Shown here piece after piece: positions 21,386 to 33,379 of a stretch of DNA of 38,833 nucleotides; within the stretch, counting starts at the first letter, position 1, and the number at the start of each line of letters is the position of its first letter. The notes below the pieces were generated by a model. The model was not told where the DNA came from. It saw only the letters and a program-made list of their open reading frames with translations, and did no database searches. The DNA is from Octopus bimaculoides. Its lineage: Eukaryota. The stretch covers positions 47,734,527 through 47,773,359 of the forward strand of contig NC_068987.1 of the NCBI RefSeq assembly GCF_001194135.2. The letters run 5' to 3'. The translations under genes and the position numbers were made by a program.

Positions 21386-23886
21386 TCAGGCTTTAGTGTC
21401 AGTCTTTGCCAGTCTGGCAGAGCGACAAATGGGACAATTGCTGGATGGGGGATCAGCTGCATCAGACAAGGGCCACTCTTGGAGGCCGGGGCATTGTGTG
21501 GTGATGAGGCTTGAAGGGCTCTCAGGGTACGACCATTGGTGGCACATCCTGAGGTAAGTGAGGTGGTGAAGGTGGTGAGAGCTGGCATCGTTCTGGGGGT
21601 AGGCAGTGTAGATGGGTTCTCTAGTGGTCTTGGTGTTGGGAAGTGGGCATGTTGGGTAGGCCTGAGGCATCAGTAGTGGAGCTGTTAAACTGGGTTGAGA
21701 AGGTAATCTCATCATTGATGTTGGTGTCAGGAGCGCAGGTGGTCCAGGGGCCATGTGTAGTGGTGCACAGGGAACAATCGGTAGATACTTCTGGTGGAAA
21801 TTTCTGTTGTGCAGTGTGACTTGGCCTGAGCCATCCCTTCTCACCATGTACTAATCGAACTGGCATACCTCTATGATGACACCAGTTTTGTCCCATTTGG
21901 TAGGATTGGGTCCAACTTGGTTCTGGATTCAAACACAGTCTCCAACAGTCAGTGGTGGCAGTAGGCATGTGTGTTCTGACAACTGTTCAGCAGTTATGCA
22001 GGGCTTCTTTCACGAGAAGTCATAGTTTCATGTCATGTAGAGTGTGGCTGGTACTTGCTGAGACAGATGTGAATAAAGTCTCATATTGGGCAGCCAAATA
22101 TGCACATGGCTGGGGACAAATGTGTGTCCCGGTCAGTATGACAACCCTGTCATGATACAGAATAACTCCATTGAAGCTGGTGAGTTCATCACAAAACTGC
22201 TCTGGAGGGACTTTGGAATGGTCCTCTGGCAAGCTGTCCTCGATTGCGTCCATGAGATTGGTTTTGCTTGGGTTGGTGGTAGTAGCAGTGTGGACCATAT
22301 CTCATGTGGCTGATTGGACGATCTTGGTAACCGGTGAAATGTAGTTGTTGTGAGAGCATGTTGTAGTGTTGTCATCTCCAGTAGAGTGGACAGTTGTCAG
22401 GAAAGAACGTGGCAGAGATGGGTAGCTGAGTTGGATGGGTCATGGTGGCAACATTGTCTGGGAGGTCTGGGGGTGTGGGCTGTCTGACAGGGTGGTGTGA
22501 GACAGTGTTGGCTGCTGCATGGCAAGTGCCTGGAACATGAACAATGCTCAAGTTATACCATAGGGTTTTTTCTTTCAGATTGCGCAGTCAAGGGTTCGGG
22601 ATGTTGTCCAGGCAGCACTCACCAAATACTTTCAAGAGAGGTTTGTGGTCAACTGCGACAATGAGATTGGTGCAGCCAAGGGTGAAGTGGCATGCTTTGT
22701 CTAATGCATCGGTAACTGCCAGTGCTTCACCCTCCACTGGTGTGTAACGAGATTCTACCACTGAAGTGAAGTGGCTCCCAACCAGGATGATTTTCCAGCT
22801 AATTTGCAGCAAAAGAGGCGGGGAGGGGGAAAGGCATGTGCAATGTTTTTGAAATAGCTAGAAGGCAATGCCATCTATGCTCCAGTCAGTGGCAAGGCAA
22901 GTCAGCCTAGTTTTGTCAAAGATCTGCACACCTCTTTGGATCTCATTGATGATGATTGACTTGGATTCCTCAAAGAGCCTATTCAGCTGGTCTGTCCATA
23001 CAAACCAGGTGCCTGGCCTGAAGAGTTCCTGGAATGGCAACATTCGTTTGGCAGAAGTGAAGGTATAGAAGACTTGGTTGATCAGACTGAACCAGCTGTG
23101 GATGTCGGTGATGTTCTTAGGAGTGGGAAAGTCACAGATTGCCTCAATATATTGGGCACAGGGTCGCACTGTGGTAGGGGTGATCTCAAACCCAGCAAAT
23201 TTGATGGTAGTTTGGGCAAAGTCAAATTTAGTGGGATTCAGAATGATGCTGTTGGAACCACAGATGTTGAGCCATTGGATGGCCTGAAAGAATGCTCCAT
23301 CAATGGTGTTTGACCACATCAAGGTGTCATTGATGCACTTCATTTTCTGGGGGATGCTTGAGACAATTTCGTCAAACTGTTGGCTGTTGCTATCCCCTGA
23401 GGTAACATATCCCTGTGGTGTAACACAATAGTGGAAGAGGAAAAGTTTGTCAGTTGAAGGAGTGGTGTAGATGATTTGACGGGTTGTGCACTTCAGAGAG
23501 GATGGGGCAGTCCCAGATATGCGTAGGGTCAGGGCACCGATGATATCTATGGGGCTGCTGTTAGCAGCAGTCATTGTCATGTTGACTGGCATAAGGTGGC
23601 ACTGGTCCAGGCCCAGTTTGGATTGGAGACTTGCCTCAGCCAGGCATGACTGGCATCCAGTGTCTGCCATAGCATTGTGATGGATAGCTGTGGTTGGCCA
23701 TGAAAGAGAAGTGGGGAAGCCTAATGCCTTCGTGTCAGCTGGGTCAGCTTGAATGAAGGTAGTGACAAAGGGATGGGGGTTGGAAGAGCATTTCACCCAG
23801 CCATTGCAGAGTTCATTATACACATGGTGGTCAAGAATTATTACTTGGGTGGAGGTTTCGTCAGGGAGGTCAATCACAAGGCACAA
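21386..23886 (-). pseudogene. Gypsy pol remnant (PR-RT-RH-partial IN)
   Basis: ORF 22858-23886 runs from protease directly into the RT PQG motif. RNase H motifs at 22588-22900. Multiple stops. Confidence 0.85.
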
Positions 23887-24839
23887 ACTGTTGCATATTG
23901 CAGATGAGTGGTCTTCTGTGTCAGGTGCGTTGGTTTGAACCTTTCACTGGGAAGGGTGTTGTCGGCAGCAAACACTCTCATAGTGGTGCAGGATGCCACA
24001 TGTGGCACACTTGTGGTTGTAGGTGGGGCATTTCCTTATGTGTTCTTGTATATGATATCTGTAGCCATGTTTTCCACAGTGATTGCCGGGAGTAGGGGCA
24101 GGTGTATCACAAGGTTCACCAGATCTATTGACCAGGTGGTGCCTCTATGAGCGAGAGGCCACGGTGGGTGAGGTGGTGCTGTGGTTTATGAGCCAGCTGG
24201 CTGAGCATTTTCCACTTTCTTTTGCTTCAATGTACCTCAGGACTTCTTCCAGGGTCATGTCTTGCTTGGAGTCACCCAGTATCTCAAGGCAGATCTCATC
24301 CCCCAACCCATGTACGAGAGCATCACGGACTATGATGTCGCTATAATCGATCATGGCATGGCAAACACCTGATTGCCCTTGAAGACATGCAGCGAAGACC
24401 CTAATGGGTTCATCCTGGTCCTGGCACATCTGTTGTAGCTGCACATAAGCAACTATGACATTTTCTTGGCAGACAGCCAATGTGACTGAGGCCTGTTCAC
24501 TCATTGCTGGAGGTCAGTGCACCGAACGTCCCTGTGAGATCTTTTCTGAGGTTCTTGTTGCAGCATTCAAGAAGCTGGAAGACCACGTTGTTACCTGTCA
24601 AACGCGTGGCTTGTTTGCAGTCTGACCATCTCTTCTCAAAGTAAGCTCACCCCTCGCTAGTTCCAGCTGTGAAGATGATGGGGTGGCAGACCATCTCAGT
24701 TGAGACTTTCATGGGTGCAGCCAGTTGCACAGCTCTTTGATGCACTATGAAGATTGATGAGGTGGGTCAGAACCTCCACCAGAGAGTTTGCAGGCCAACT
24801 CATGGCACAGTCAGGTGTAAGACAGAGTATTGTTGGCCA

Positions 24840-25050
24840 TGTTGACTCACTTTTTGTCATAAATCAGTCAGACAACTCTTTGCTTTCACCAACACTTTAT
24901 TTACATGGATTGGAGCCATGACAAAACGGGTCTTCAGTATACTTGAAATGTAAAGGAAAGCGTGATGGATAATGAAACAAATAATATATGGCAAATTGAA
25001 TGTAATGTAATAAATGATAATATATGGGTGCTTGGTTGTAATCCTCTAAA
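24840..25050 (-). repeat. 5' LTR (inner boundary either 24840 or 24860)
   Basis: Partner of 21058-21248. Confidence 0.8.
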
Positions 25051-26769
25051 TGTTGTAATAGAACTAAAAATAATATGAATGATTCAAACCAAACAGGTAA
25101 ATATGATTCCTCTCACATACTTACTAATGACTGTGTACATCATCATCATCATCATCGTTTAACGTCCGCTGGGAATATATTAAGAAATAATAGCTATAAT
25201 AATCCTTGAAAGTGAAGAGTCTACTTGAGACAGATTATATTGTATAATGCCCTATACAAGGCACAAATAGCCACCGATATACCAGGAAAATTTTTCATGG
25301 CTATGGACATGCATTTCCCACTGTCAAGTAAATGTGGTGAGTTATTTAACAGACATATGGTTAGATTTGCTTATTCAACTATGAGAAACTTGGCTGAAAT
25401 AATAGCAGCACATAATACAAGGAAGTTAAAAGAGTTTATTGATATTAATTTAGCCAACCAACATAATGTTAATAATAGGGATAGTAGTAGAAATAATAAT
25501 AATATTAATAGCAGTGGAAGTAGTAATCATAATAAAGTTGTTAGTAATGATAGTGGTAGTAATGATCATAGAAATAGTTATAATAAGGTTAAGAAAAGTA
25601 ATGATTCTTAGTTCAACACTTAATATTGACAACAGATGGAATGTAAATGTTTCAAATGAAAAATCTTTCAGTAACAGACTAAACCATTTATGTAAATGTA
25701 AAAATCACCTAAAAAACTTAGTGAACTAATATTCAGTAATAACAGGGGAATGTACTTACTATTATATAGGTGCTCGTGCAGCTAACTTCAAGTTGAGATT
25801 ACATAATCACATCTCTTCATTTAGAAAAGAAGAAAACTTTACTTCTTTAAGTAAATTCATCTGAAGCCTAAAAGAGAGGAATGTTAGATTAACTGGTTTA
25901 TAATAAGTAGTGCACTACTGTATAATGATGGTGAATTAAGATGTAACTGATGCATTGAGGAGGCACTGCATATCCTTACATCCAAATCCAACATATTAAA
26001 GAAAAGAAATGAATTAATGTCAAAATGTTCACACTTATTTCAAAGAACCATTAAATCATTCCCTAATAAATGGAGTAATGATTAAAATAATGGGTTGAGT
26101 TTGCCTCCTAGGTTAAGTATACTTAGTATATTTAATATACTTAAACAGAGATAGTATTTTTTTATATCATCAAAATTTTATTACCTAGTCTTCAAATTTT
26201 TATTCATATTGTGTTTATTATTATTGTTATTTTTGTTGTTGTTATCATTACAATTATTTAAATCTTAAAACTAGATTCTTTAATTATTTTCAATTGTCTT
26301 TAAATTGCATTTTAATTTTTTAACTATTTTAAATCATTTTATTGTCTTTTTATTTTAATTTATTCATTTTATTCTTATTTTCATTTTTAATTTATTCCTA
26401 ATTCATTTTAATTTGATTTAATTTTTTCTAGCTTAAACTTTAAACTTTGAATATTAATTCCTCTAAGAAAAATAATCCCTTCTAAATAGAATATATTCAT
26501 TAGTAAATAATTTACTGTTTATTTCCTTTGGGATTCATTCTAACTAACCTGTTTTCTGCCAAAAGCCTAAATTTAAAATTAATGCTGATCAAATAGCATT
26601 TCATTGTAAACTAAATAATATACTTTATGAACAGCTTTAGCTATATCTGCCTCTTTTATATATTTGTTGAGGACAATAACAGTTTAACAGTGGTAGGAAT
26701 TTTTACCATGTCATTTTAATACTACACTATCAATAGAATTCCTAAATAGGTCTACTGGTACGCTTGTTT

Positions 26770-27210
26770 TGGCCAAAAAGCGTGAAGTTTACTACTATCA
26801 CCCTTAAGTTAGTTGTTCTCTGTTCTCTATCCCTAGTGTACCTGTCACCTAACTGTCCTTGTAGCCATTTGATAATGTTCCATACTACCACCTTTCTTCC
26901 TAATTTTTCAAGTCTGACTCTTAGTGTTTACTGCACTATCAACTGTATCATTCCATGTTACTTTTGATTTGGTTGGAACTTTGCTCTAATCACATCTGAT
27001 CTAGAGCTCTCAGCAATTTTTGTAAAAATTCTCATGTATGCTACAAGTACCTAAATCTCCCTCTTTAATGTTACTTGTGTTAATTACAATTTTTCTAAAT
27101 CTATTCCCAATTGCAGGATCTTTTAGTTACCAAATCTTTCTTCTGAATGTCATCTTTTCTTTGTGTCTGCCTAACTTTGTCTCTGAAGTCACTAGTTCAT
27201 CACTAGCTGT
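26770..27210 (-). mobile_element. RTE LINE fragment (linker between endonuclease and RT)
   Basis: Hand translation RRKIW*LKDP...SKVTWNDTVDSAVNTK...KGGSMEHYQMA resembles the RTE linker (WKLKDP, WWWN..VD.A, GGS.E.YQ). Confidence 0.6.
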
Positions 27211-27339
27211 ACTGCTTGGCATTCATGCCGGAAGCTCCAATATGAACATTTCAGAGTGTTTGGGTGAAACATTGTGTTAACAACAAACAAGATGAGGACA
27301 AATATCCGTCAAATGTAAATAATGTAAATAATGTTGATA

Positions 27340-27962
27340 NNNNNNNNNNNNNNNNNNNNNNNNNNNNNNNNNNNNNNNNNNNNNNNNNNNNNNNNNNNNN
27401 NNNNNNNNNNNNNNNNNNNNNNNNNNNNNNNNNNNNNNNNNNNNNNNNNNNNNNNNNNNNNNNNNNNNNNNNNNNNNNNNNNNNNNNNNNNNNNNNNNNN
27501 NNNNNNNNNNNNNNNNNNNNNNNNNNNNNNNNNNNNNNNNNNNNNNNNNNNNNNNNNNNNNNNNNNNNNNNNNNNNNNNNNNNNNNNNNNNNNNNNNNNN
27601 NNNNNNNNNNNNNNNNNNNNNNNNNNNNNNNNNNNNNNNNNNNNNNNNNNNNNNNNNNNNNNNNNNNNNNNNNNNNNNNNNNNNNNNNNNNNNNNNNNNN
27701 NNNNNNNNNNNNNNNNNNNNNNNNNNNNNNNNNNNNNNNNNNNNNNNNNNNNNNNNNNNNNNNNNNNNNNNNNNNNNNNNNNNNNNNNNNNNNNNNNNNN
27801 NNNNNNNNNNNNNNNNNNNNNNNNNNNNNNNNNNNNNNNNNNNNNNNNNNNNNNNNNNNNNNNNNNNNNNNNNNNNNNNNNNNNNNNNNNNNNNNNNNNN
27901 NNNNNNNNNNNNNNNNNNNNNNNNNNNNNNNNNNNNNNNNNNNNNNNNNNNNNNNNNNNNNN
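27340..27962. other. Largest assembly gap (others at 222-231, 910-985, 4599-4814, 11390-11668)
   Basis: N runs. Confidence 1.
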
Positions 27963-28518
27963 CTCTCATACACACTCACACACACACTCACACACAAAAT
28001 AGAGAGTGAAGCTTTTTGCTGTTGTTACGTCAATACCGGAAGTTGACCTTGAGGAACCTTTTTAAAGAAGTGAATCTTAAATATAAAGCAATATTATTTA
28101 TTTTTAATTAAAAAAATCAAATGAAGAGCCTAAGATTTATCCGAGGTCAAATTATTCACGCATCACAAGTATGGAAGCATTTGGTGAAGTCGATTTCACG
28201 TGAAAAGCGATTACACACACATCTCTGTTTTATATATAGTATAGATATGCATGTATATATGTATGGAGTTTATTTCAAGTCTTTTCTTTTGCATAATTCA
28301 AACCAATCACTAACAAAGTAGAGGATCTTTTGTTTAAGTCAGAATAACTCTTGAGGTTTGTGGTTACCTGGGTTAGTTGATGTATGCATGTATGTGCATG
28401 TATGGATAAACTGGAACTTTTGAGTGTGCATGTCACAATAGAACACAAATAAAAGTCTGTTGCATTACTGTTTGTGTGTGTATGTGTGTATTCATAATTA
28501 TTCTATTTGTGTATGTGA

Positions 28519-28559
<41 letters not shown>

Positions 28560-29042
28560 TGTATGTATGTATGTGTGTATATGCACACACACACACACAT
28601 ATACATATACACACTCGTACACATGCATCCATCATCATCATTATCGTTTTACATCTACTTTTGATGCTGGCATGTGCTGGGTGGGTCATCACAGTTTAAG
28701 ATTAATAATAATAACATATTTAACCTTTGGCACTCCTTCTCTCCCCAGCCAACTTTATCATAGGATGTGTGGCCTAGTGGTTAGGGTGTTGCACTTGCAA
28801 TCACAAGAACATGTATTCAGTTCCCAGACCTGGCAGTACTTTGTGTTTGCAAGCAAAACATTTCATCTCATGTTGCTCTGAGATCACTTCAACATTTCTC
28901 ATTTGGTACACCATGCAACTGTACAGGCACCATTGATTTGATGGAGGGAGTGAGCACAAACATTTGATCACTAACAAATTACTTATGCAGGCTGTTCAGT
29001 AAGGAATTGGTTAAGTGTCTTTCTTGGACATGACAGACTACC

Positions 29043-29079
<37 letters not shown>

Positions 29080-29081
<2 letters not shown>

Positions 29082-29551
29082 TTGGAAGTGTTATCATGTA
29101 CATTGTTTTGTCTTGATATAAAAGATGGGCTACAGTAAATATCTGCTTAATACCACAGATTTACTTGTCAGTTGTTTGACCTTAACCAGTTGAGCATGTC
29201 CCTTGGTGGCTGACGATATATGCACCTCTGATCGTGAGCAGAAGTAGTGGGGAGCATCATAGCCATGTGTTGAGAGGAATTCTTTGGGGTTTTGCTCAAC
29301 ATCCTTAAACAAACCTAATTCAGGGACCTTTTGAGTGGGATGGGCTACTCAACCTGAAGAAAATACTAACTGGGCCCCGCCTGCGAGGTCATGTGCTGTT
29401 TATCTTGATACGAGATCACCATGTCGCGCACATATGGTTGTGATGCATGTGCCTGGTGTACCCTTATCAGATGAGTAGTCATGATGGGTATAATGGGCTT
29501 CGTATATTTTACCCCAGTGTCACTTTGATGGCATGCACTGCTCTCTCACTC
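29080..29551. mobile_element. ~470-bp non-coding interspersed element bracketed by (AAT)n
   Basis: Complex sequence between (AAT)n at 29044-29079 and 29552-29583. No ORF homology seen. Confidence 0.5.
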
Positions 29552-29585
<34 letters not shown>

Positions 29586-30032
29586 GAAGAGAAAGCAGAC
29601 AATGAGCTTCAGTGAAATGAAGAAAGAAATATAAGTGTAATGTGGATGGTGAGATGTAGAAGATAGTAATGGCAGAGGATAATGAGAAAAAGGCAAAATA
29701 TGGGTGATGAATAGTTGTGAACATGGTTGGAGTTAAGAGAGTGGAAGCGATACTAGTAATGAGTGACCTAGGGGAAGAATATTGATCTACTGGAAGCTGT
29801 CCAGAGACATGCAACTGGTTGCATTTTCACAATACAAAACCTGCTCCTACTTATTTGGACATGAACTTGCTGGGAAGCATCTGACTGAGCATACAAAATG
29901 TTCAGTAGGTAGTCGACACCCCTAGCTGACAGTTGCATACTGTCCTTCTCTTCCAGATTGTGAAAGCTTACCATAATGTTTAATCTAAATTTTAAGATTT
30001 TATTTTTTTATGAGCATATATGGGCTAAAGCA

Positions 30033-30367
30033 GTGAGCAAGCAGAATTGTTAGCACGCCGAACAAAATGCTTAGTGGCATTTCATTCATCTTTACATTCT
30101 GAGTTCAAACTCTACTTAGGTTGACTTTGCCTTTCATAATTTTGGGGTCAATAATAGTAATAATGACAGTCCTTTCTACTATAAGCACAAGGAGGGGGAA
30201 GGGATAGTCGATTACATTGACTTCAATGCTCAATTGGTACTTATTTTATCGACCCTGAAAGGATGCAAGTCAAAGTTGATTTCAGCAGAATTTGAACTCA
30301 GAATGTAAAAATGGATAAAATACTGCTAAGCATTTTGTCTAGCATGCTAATGATTCTGTCTACTTCC
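30033..30367. mobile_element. Pair of tRNA-derived SINEs in inverted orientation (+ 30033-30155, - 30201-30367)
   Basis: The reverse complement of the second copy aligns with the first over about 120 bp. Confidence 0.8.
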
Positions 30368-30957
30368 TGCTTTAGTAATAATAATAATAATAATAATAAT
30401 CATAATGATGATGATGTTGATGATGGTTTCTTTATTAACCAAAAGTGTTGACATTATGATCAATAATACAATAATAACACTGACAACATTTTTCCAGAAA
30501 ATATCAAATTAGTAAAGTTAATATCATGTCATAATGAAACCTCTTGTGACAGAATGCCAAAATTATATAAAGACCACAAGAAATACAATAATGGAATGTC
30601 AGAAATAAATTTATAAGATTTTTCAAGATATTCTGTCTTTTCATTAGGATTAATATAACTGAGGCTCAGAGAGGCTTGTATGGTCTCTATCAAAAAAAAA
30701 AAAAAAAAAGCTAAAACTGCATTACAGTAAAAGTTTACACTATTTGCATAATGGTGTAATAAGAGTCATAGTTAAAAAAACAAAAATCAACTGCAACTGA
30801 AAAAATGAGGAAGGAAAGATAAGATAATATAATAAAGAGAATAAATACAGCTCAAATGATAGCATACAATTGAAAGGAAAGAATATAAGATGGAAAGAAG
30901 AATTATCATGTGGAAGAACATAATATAGTTCATTTCTTTCTTTGTGTGTGTGTGTGT

Positions 30958-31235
30958 GGCCCTGAATGCAAAGGGCGTGTGAAGACTAGAAAGGAATGAA
31001 ATGCTCTGCTGAATGTACGCTGTCAGTGTACATGTGTGACAGAGCACTAGTGTATTAAAAGAAAAGTTAGGCATAAGAGTAATTAGATACAGTGTGTAAG
31101 AAAGAAAATTGCACAGGTTTGGTCTTTTGATCCATAGGCATGAAAACAGTTGCATAAAGAAGTATCAATTACTTAAAGTGGATGGAACTTGTGGAAGAAG
31201 GAAACCTAGGAAGATATGGGATGAAGTATTAAAGG
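30958..31235 (+). mobile_element. RTE LINE ORF C-terminal fragment
   Basis: RLERNE...SVHV*QSTSVLKEKLGIR...SCIKKYQLLKVDGTCGRRKPRKIWDEVL. Confidence 0.75.
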
Positions 31236-32075
31236 ATGTTCTCAAAAGCTTCCCCACCCAAACCACTTCTCAACTTTCTCTGATCCAGAAGCTTCCATTT
31301 GATCCTCTATAGCATACCCTCTTCTTTTTAACACCATACAAGAGGTGCAACATTACATCTACATATATCCTTTAAAAGAAGAGAGTATGCCATGCAGGAT
31401 GAAATGGAAGCTCCCAGAACAACTTGAACTTTACCTCAGTCAGAGCAGATGATGCAAACTCAGCTTGACCCAGGAGCCATCTTGAACTCCAAAAGTGAAA
31501 TGTTTAGTTGGCACCCTCATGAGAGGAAATTCATGTTGAAGACCTGAAATTCCCCACTTGCTGACAAGTGAATGAAAATATGCTAACCCTTTTTGGACGC
31601 AACTAGAAAAATCAAAGGGAGATAACTCCATCTTGCCCAGAAGGGATGTTAGTAGATATTCATTTGAGGGGTTTTTTTCACCATCCTGACTGACCAGGAC
31701 TGTATTCCTGCCTGCAGTAGTAGAAAGATTATGTGCCTCTGGTCAGCAGATCTGATAAGTCACTTATATCACTAAGAGCATAATAGGTGCAAGACCAACG
31801 GTAAGTCCTTGACTGGCCATAAACAACAACTACATTAAATATATATATGTATGTATGTATGTATGTACGTACATATAGTTATAATCCAAGCTGTGTACTC
31901 TTGAAGAGCATCTGCTTATTTCAGTGCTCCATAGCTGTATTGAGATATTATATTTGTGTGTAGTATGCATAAGAATTGAAAAATACTGGGAAATATTTTT
32001 TGCAGAATAATTACACTTTAAAGTAGAAGATTGGAAAAAATTCTTGGCATTGTTGATTACATTTATACATATTTA

Positions 32076-32107
<32 letters not shown>

Positions 32108-32467
32108 ATTTTTAGGGAAAGAATCCAACTTGTAAAGACTAAAGATTGTAATAAATATGCACTAAATTAATTTCTAATAATTATCTAATCAAAAACAAAA
32201 TTATTTTAATATCAAGGTTAAACCTATATATACTGTTGGAGGTTAAAATACTGTTGGAAGGAACGGTAAGATATAATTCGAAAAAAGAATAGATTTGGAA
32301 TAATAAAAAGCAATACTTTGATTGTTGGACACCATAGGAAATAAAACCATCTCCCTATATATATATGATTACTATCTACAATATATACACACACACACAT
32401 ACATACATATATATAGGTATACACACATACATATATAAGTATATATATTTACATATATGCATCTATA

Positions 32468-32645
32468 TGAGGGAGTGCTGAAAAGTTCCTGGTTTTAAGG
32501 CTATTGCAAAAGGTTTGGTAGGATGCCCAACCTTCCAAGTTCTTATACAGGGCTTAGAAAACTTGAAGGATTGCTGCAATAGGTGTGTGAATCTGAGAGA
32601 AGAATATGTTGAATAAAATCATAATTAACTGATCCTCCTGGATTG
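32468..32645 (+). mobile_element. mariner deletion derivative (TIR fused to transposase C-terminus)
   Basis: TA followed by TGAGGGAGTGCTGAAAAGTTCCTGG TIR-like start, then QGLENLKDCCNRCVNLREEYVE* (mariner GIxKL..RW.KC....GxYVE). Confidence 0.6.
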
Positions 32646-32646
32646 T

Positions 32647-32678
<32 letters not shown>

Positions 32679-32746
32679 TTATATACATGCATTTATGCAT
32701 GTAACTGCTTACAGTTGTTAAATATGCATATAGCTGTCTAGCTGTA

Positions 32747-33105
32747 TCTACTACAAATGTGGAAAATCGTTGTGTGTTTGTTTGCGGCGTTGTTAGCTAA
32801 CTCCTCCTTCATCGTTTTATTGATTTTGATGAAACTTGACACATGAGTAGAACTCATGCCTGGAAACCTTATGACATACTTAGATTGTTGAAAAAATCGC
32901 TAATACGGCCCCTGGAAGGGATTTTTATATCTCCCTCATATGACTATTTTTTTTAAACACTCAAGGGAAATAACCCATAGCATCTGCACTTACAGTTGTT
33001 AGTTTTTAGCGAAGCAATCAATATTTGATTCTCACAATCAGCAGACCTAATTCTGCATTTCAGTACTCACAGTTTTGAAGTGCTAAACCTTATTATTGCA
33101 CTTTA
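32747..33105 (+). mobile_element. Helitron 5' segment
   Basis: Starts A|TCTACTAC. Homologous to 34405-34660 (+) and 37300-37551 (-). Confidence 0.6.
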
Positions 33106-33379
33106 TTGATGCATGTACACTTTCAATGCTCATAACTCCGATAATTCTGCATTTTTCCAGTTAAAATTTTTCGATGGCAGTACATAAATTTTTGATTCCA
33201 GAACATATTTAATAAGTGTATCCCAATACAAAGAACTCATAATTTGAATGCTTAAAATTCTTAAAAAAGGAGACCAAACTTCCACACCACATTCAGTTGG
33301 GACGCCCTGTATCACTTATACTTATCTTACAAATCATAATATTTATTGCTTATTTACAGTTCATGTAACATTTTCATGG

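Larger units (their letters stand above)
21058..25050 (-). mobile_element. Ty3/Gypsy LTR retrotransposon with both LTRs, internally deleted
   Basis: Direct repeats at both ends. Gag QENVIVAYVQLQQMCQDQDEPIR, protease MADTGCQSC, RT PQGYV..GD/CINDTL, RNase H ATDWS and SRYTPVEGEALAV, post-integrase DGSGQVTLHNR. PPT-like AAGACTTGGGGAGAG (minus) abuts the left LTR. Confidence 0.9.
20290..26090 (+). mobile_element. Penelope-like element (RT C-terminal part plus GIY-YIG endonuclease), decayed and split by a Gypsy insertion
   Basis: Left part KVNFLDINLDL...SNHPKTII...ISLRISELS...YYNLAL. Right part RQIILYN...HFP...LFNRHMVRFAYSTMRNLAEIIAAHN, then YYYIGARAANFKLRLHNHISSFR...TSLSKFI...KRNELMSKCSH (PLE GIY-YIG). 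Confidence 0.85.

Noticed and set aside
26580-26640. Possible Penelope pLTR hammerhead (CTGATCA...TAAAC)
   Set aside because: Two core mismatches and no stem I or III pairing. At most a dead remnant.
29775-29900. CR1/L2-like peptide IDLLEAVQRHAT
   Set aside because: Only about 12 residues are convincing, too short to annotate.
33100-33311. Tc1-like terminal sequence (TACAGGGCGTCCC on the minus strand)
   Set aside because: No matching second TIR found.
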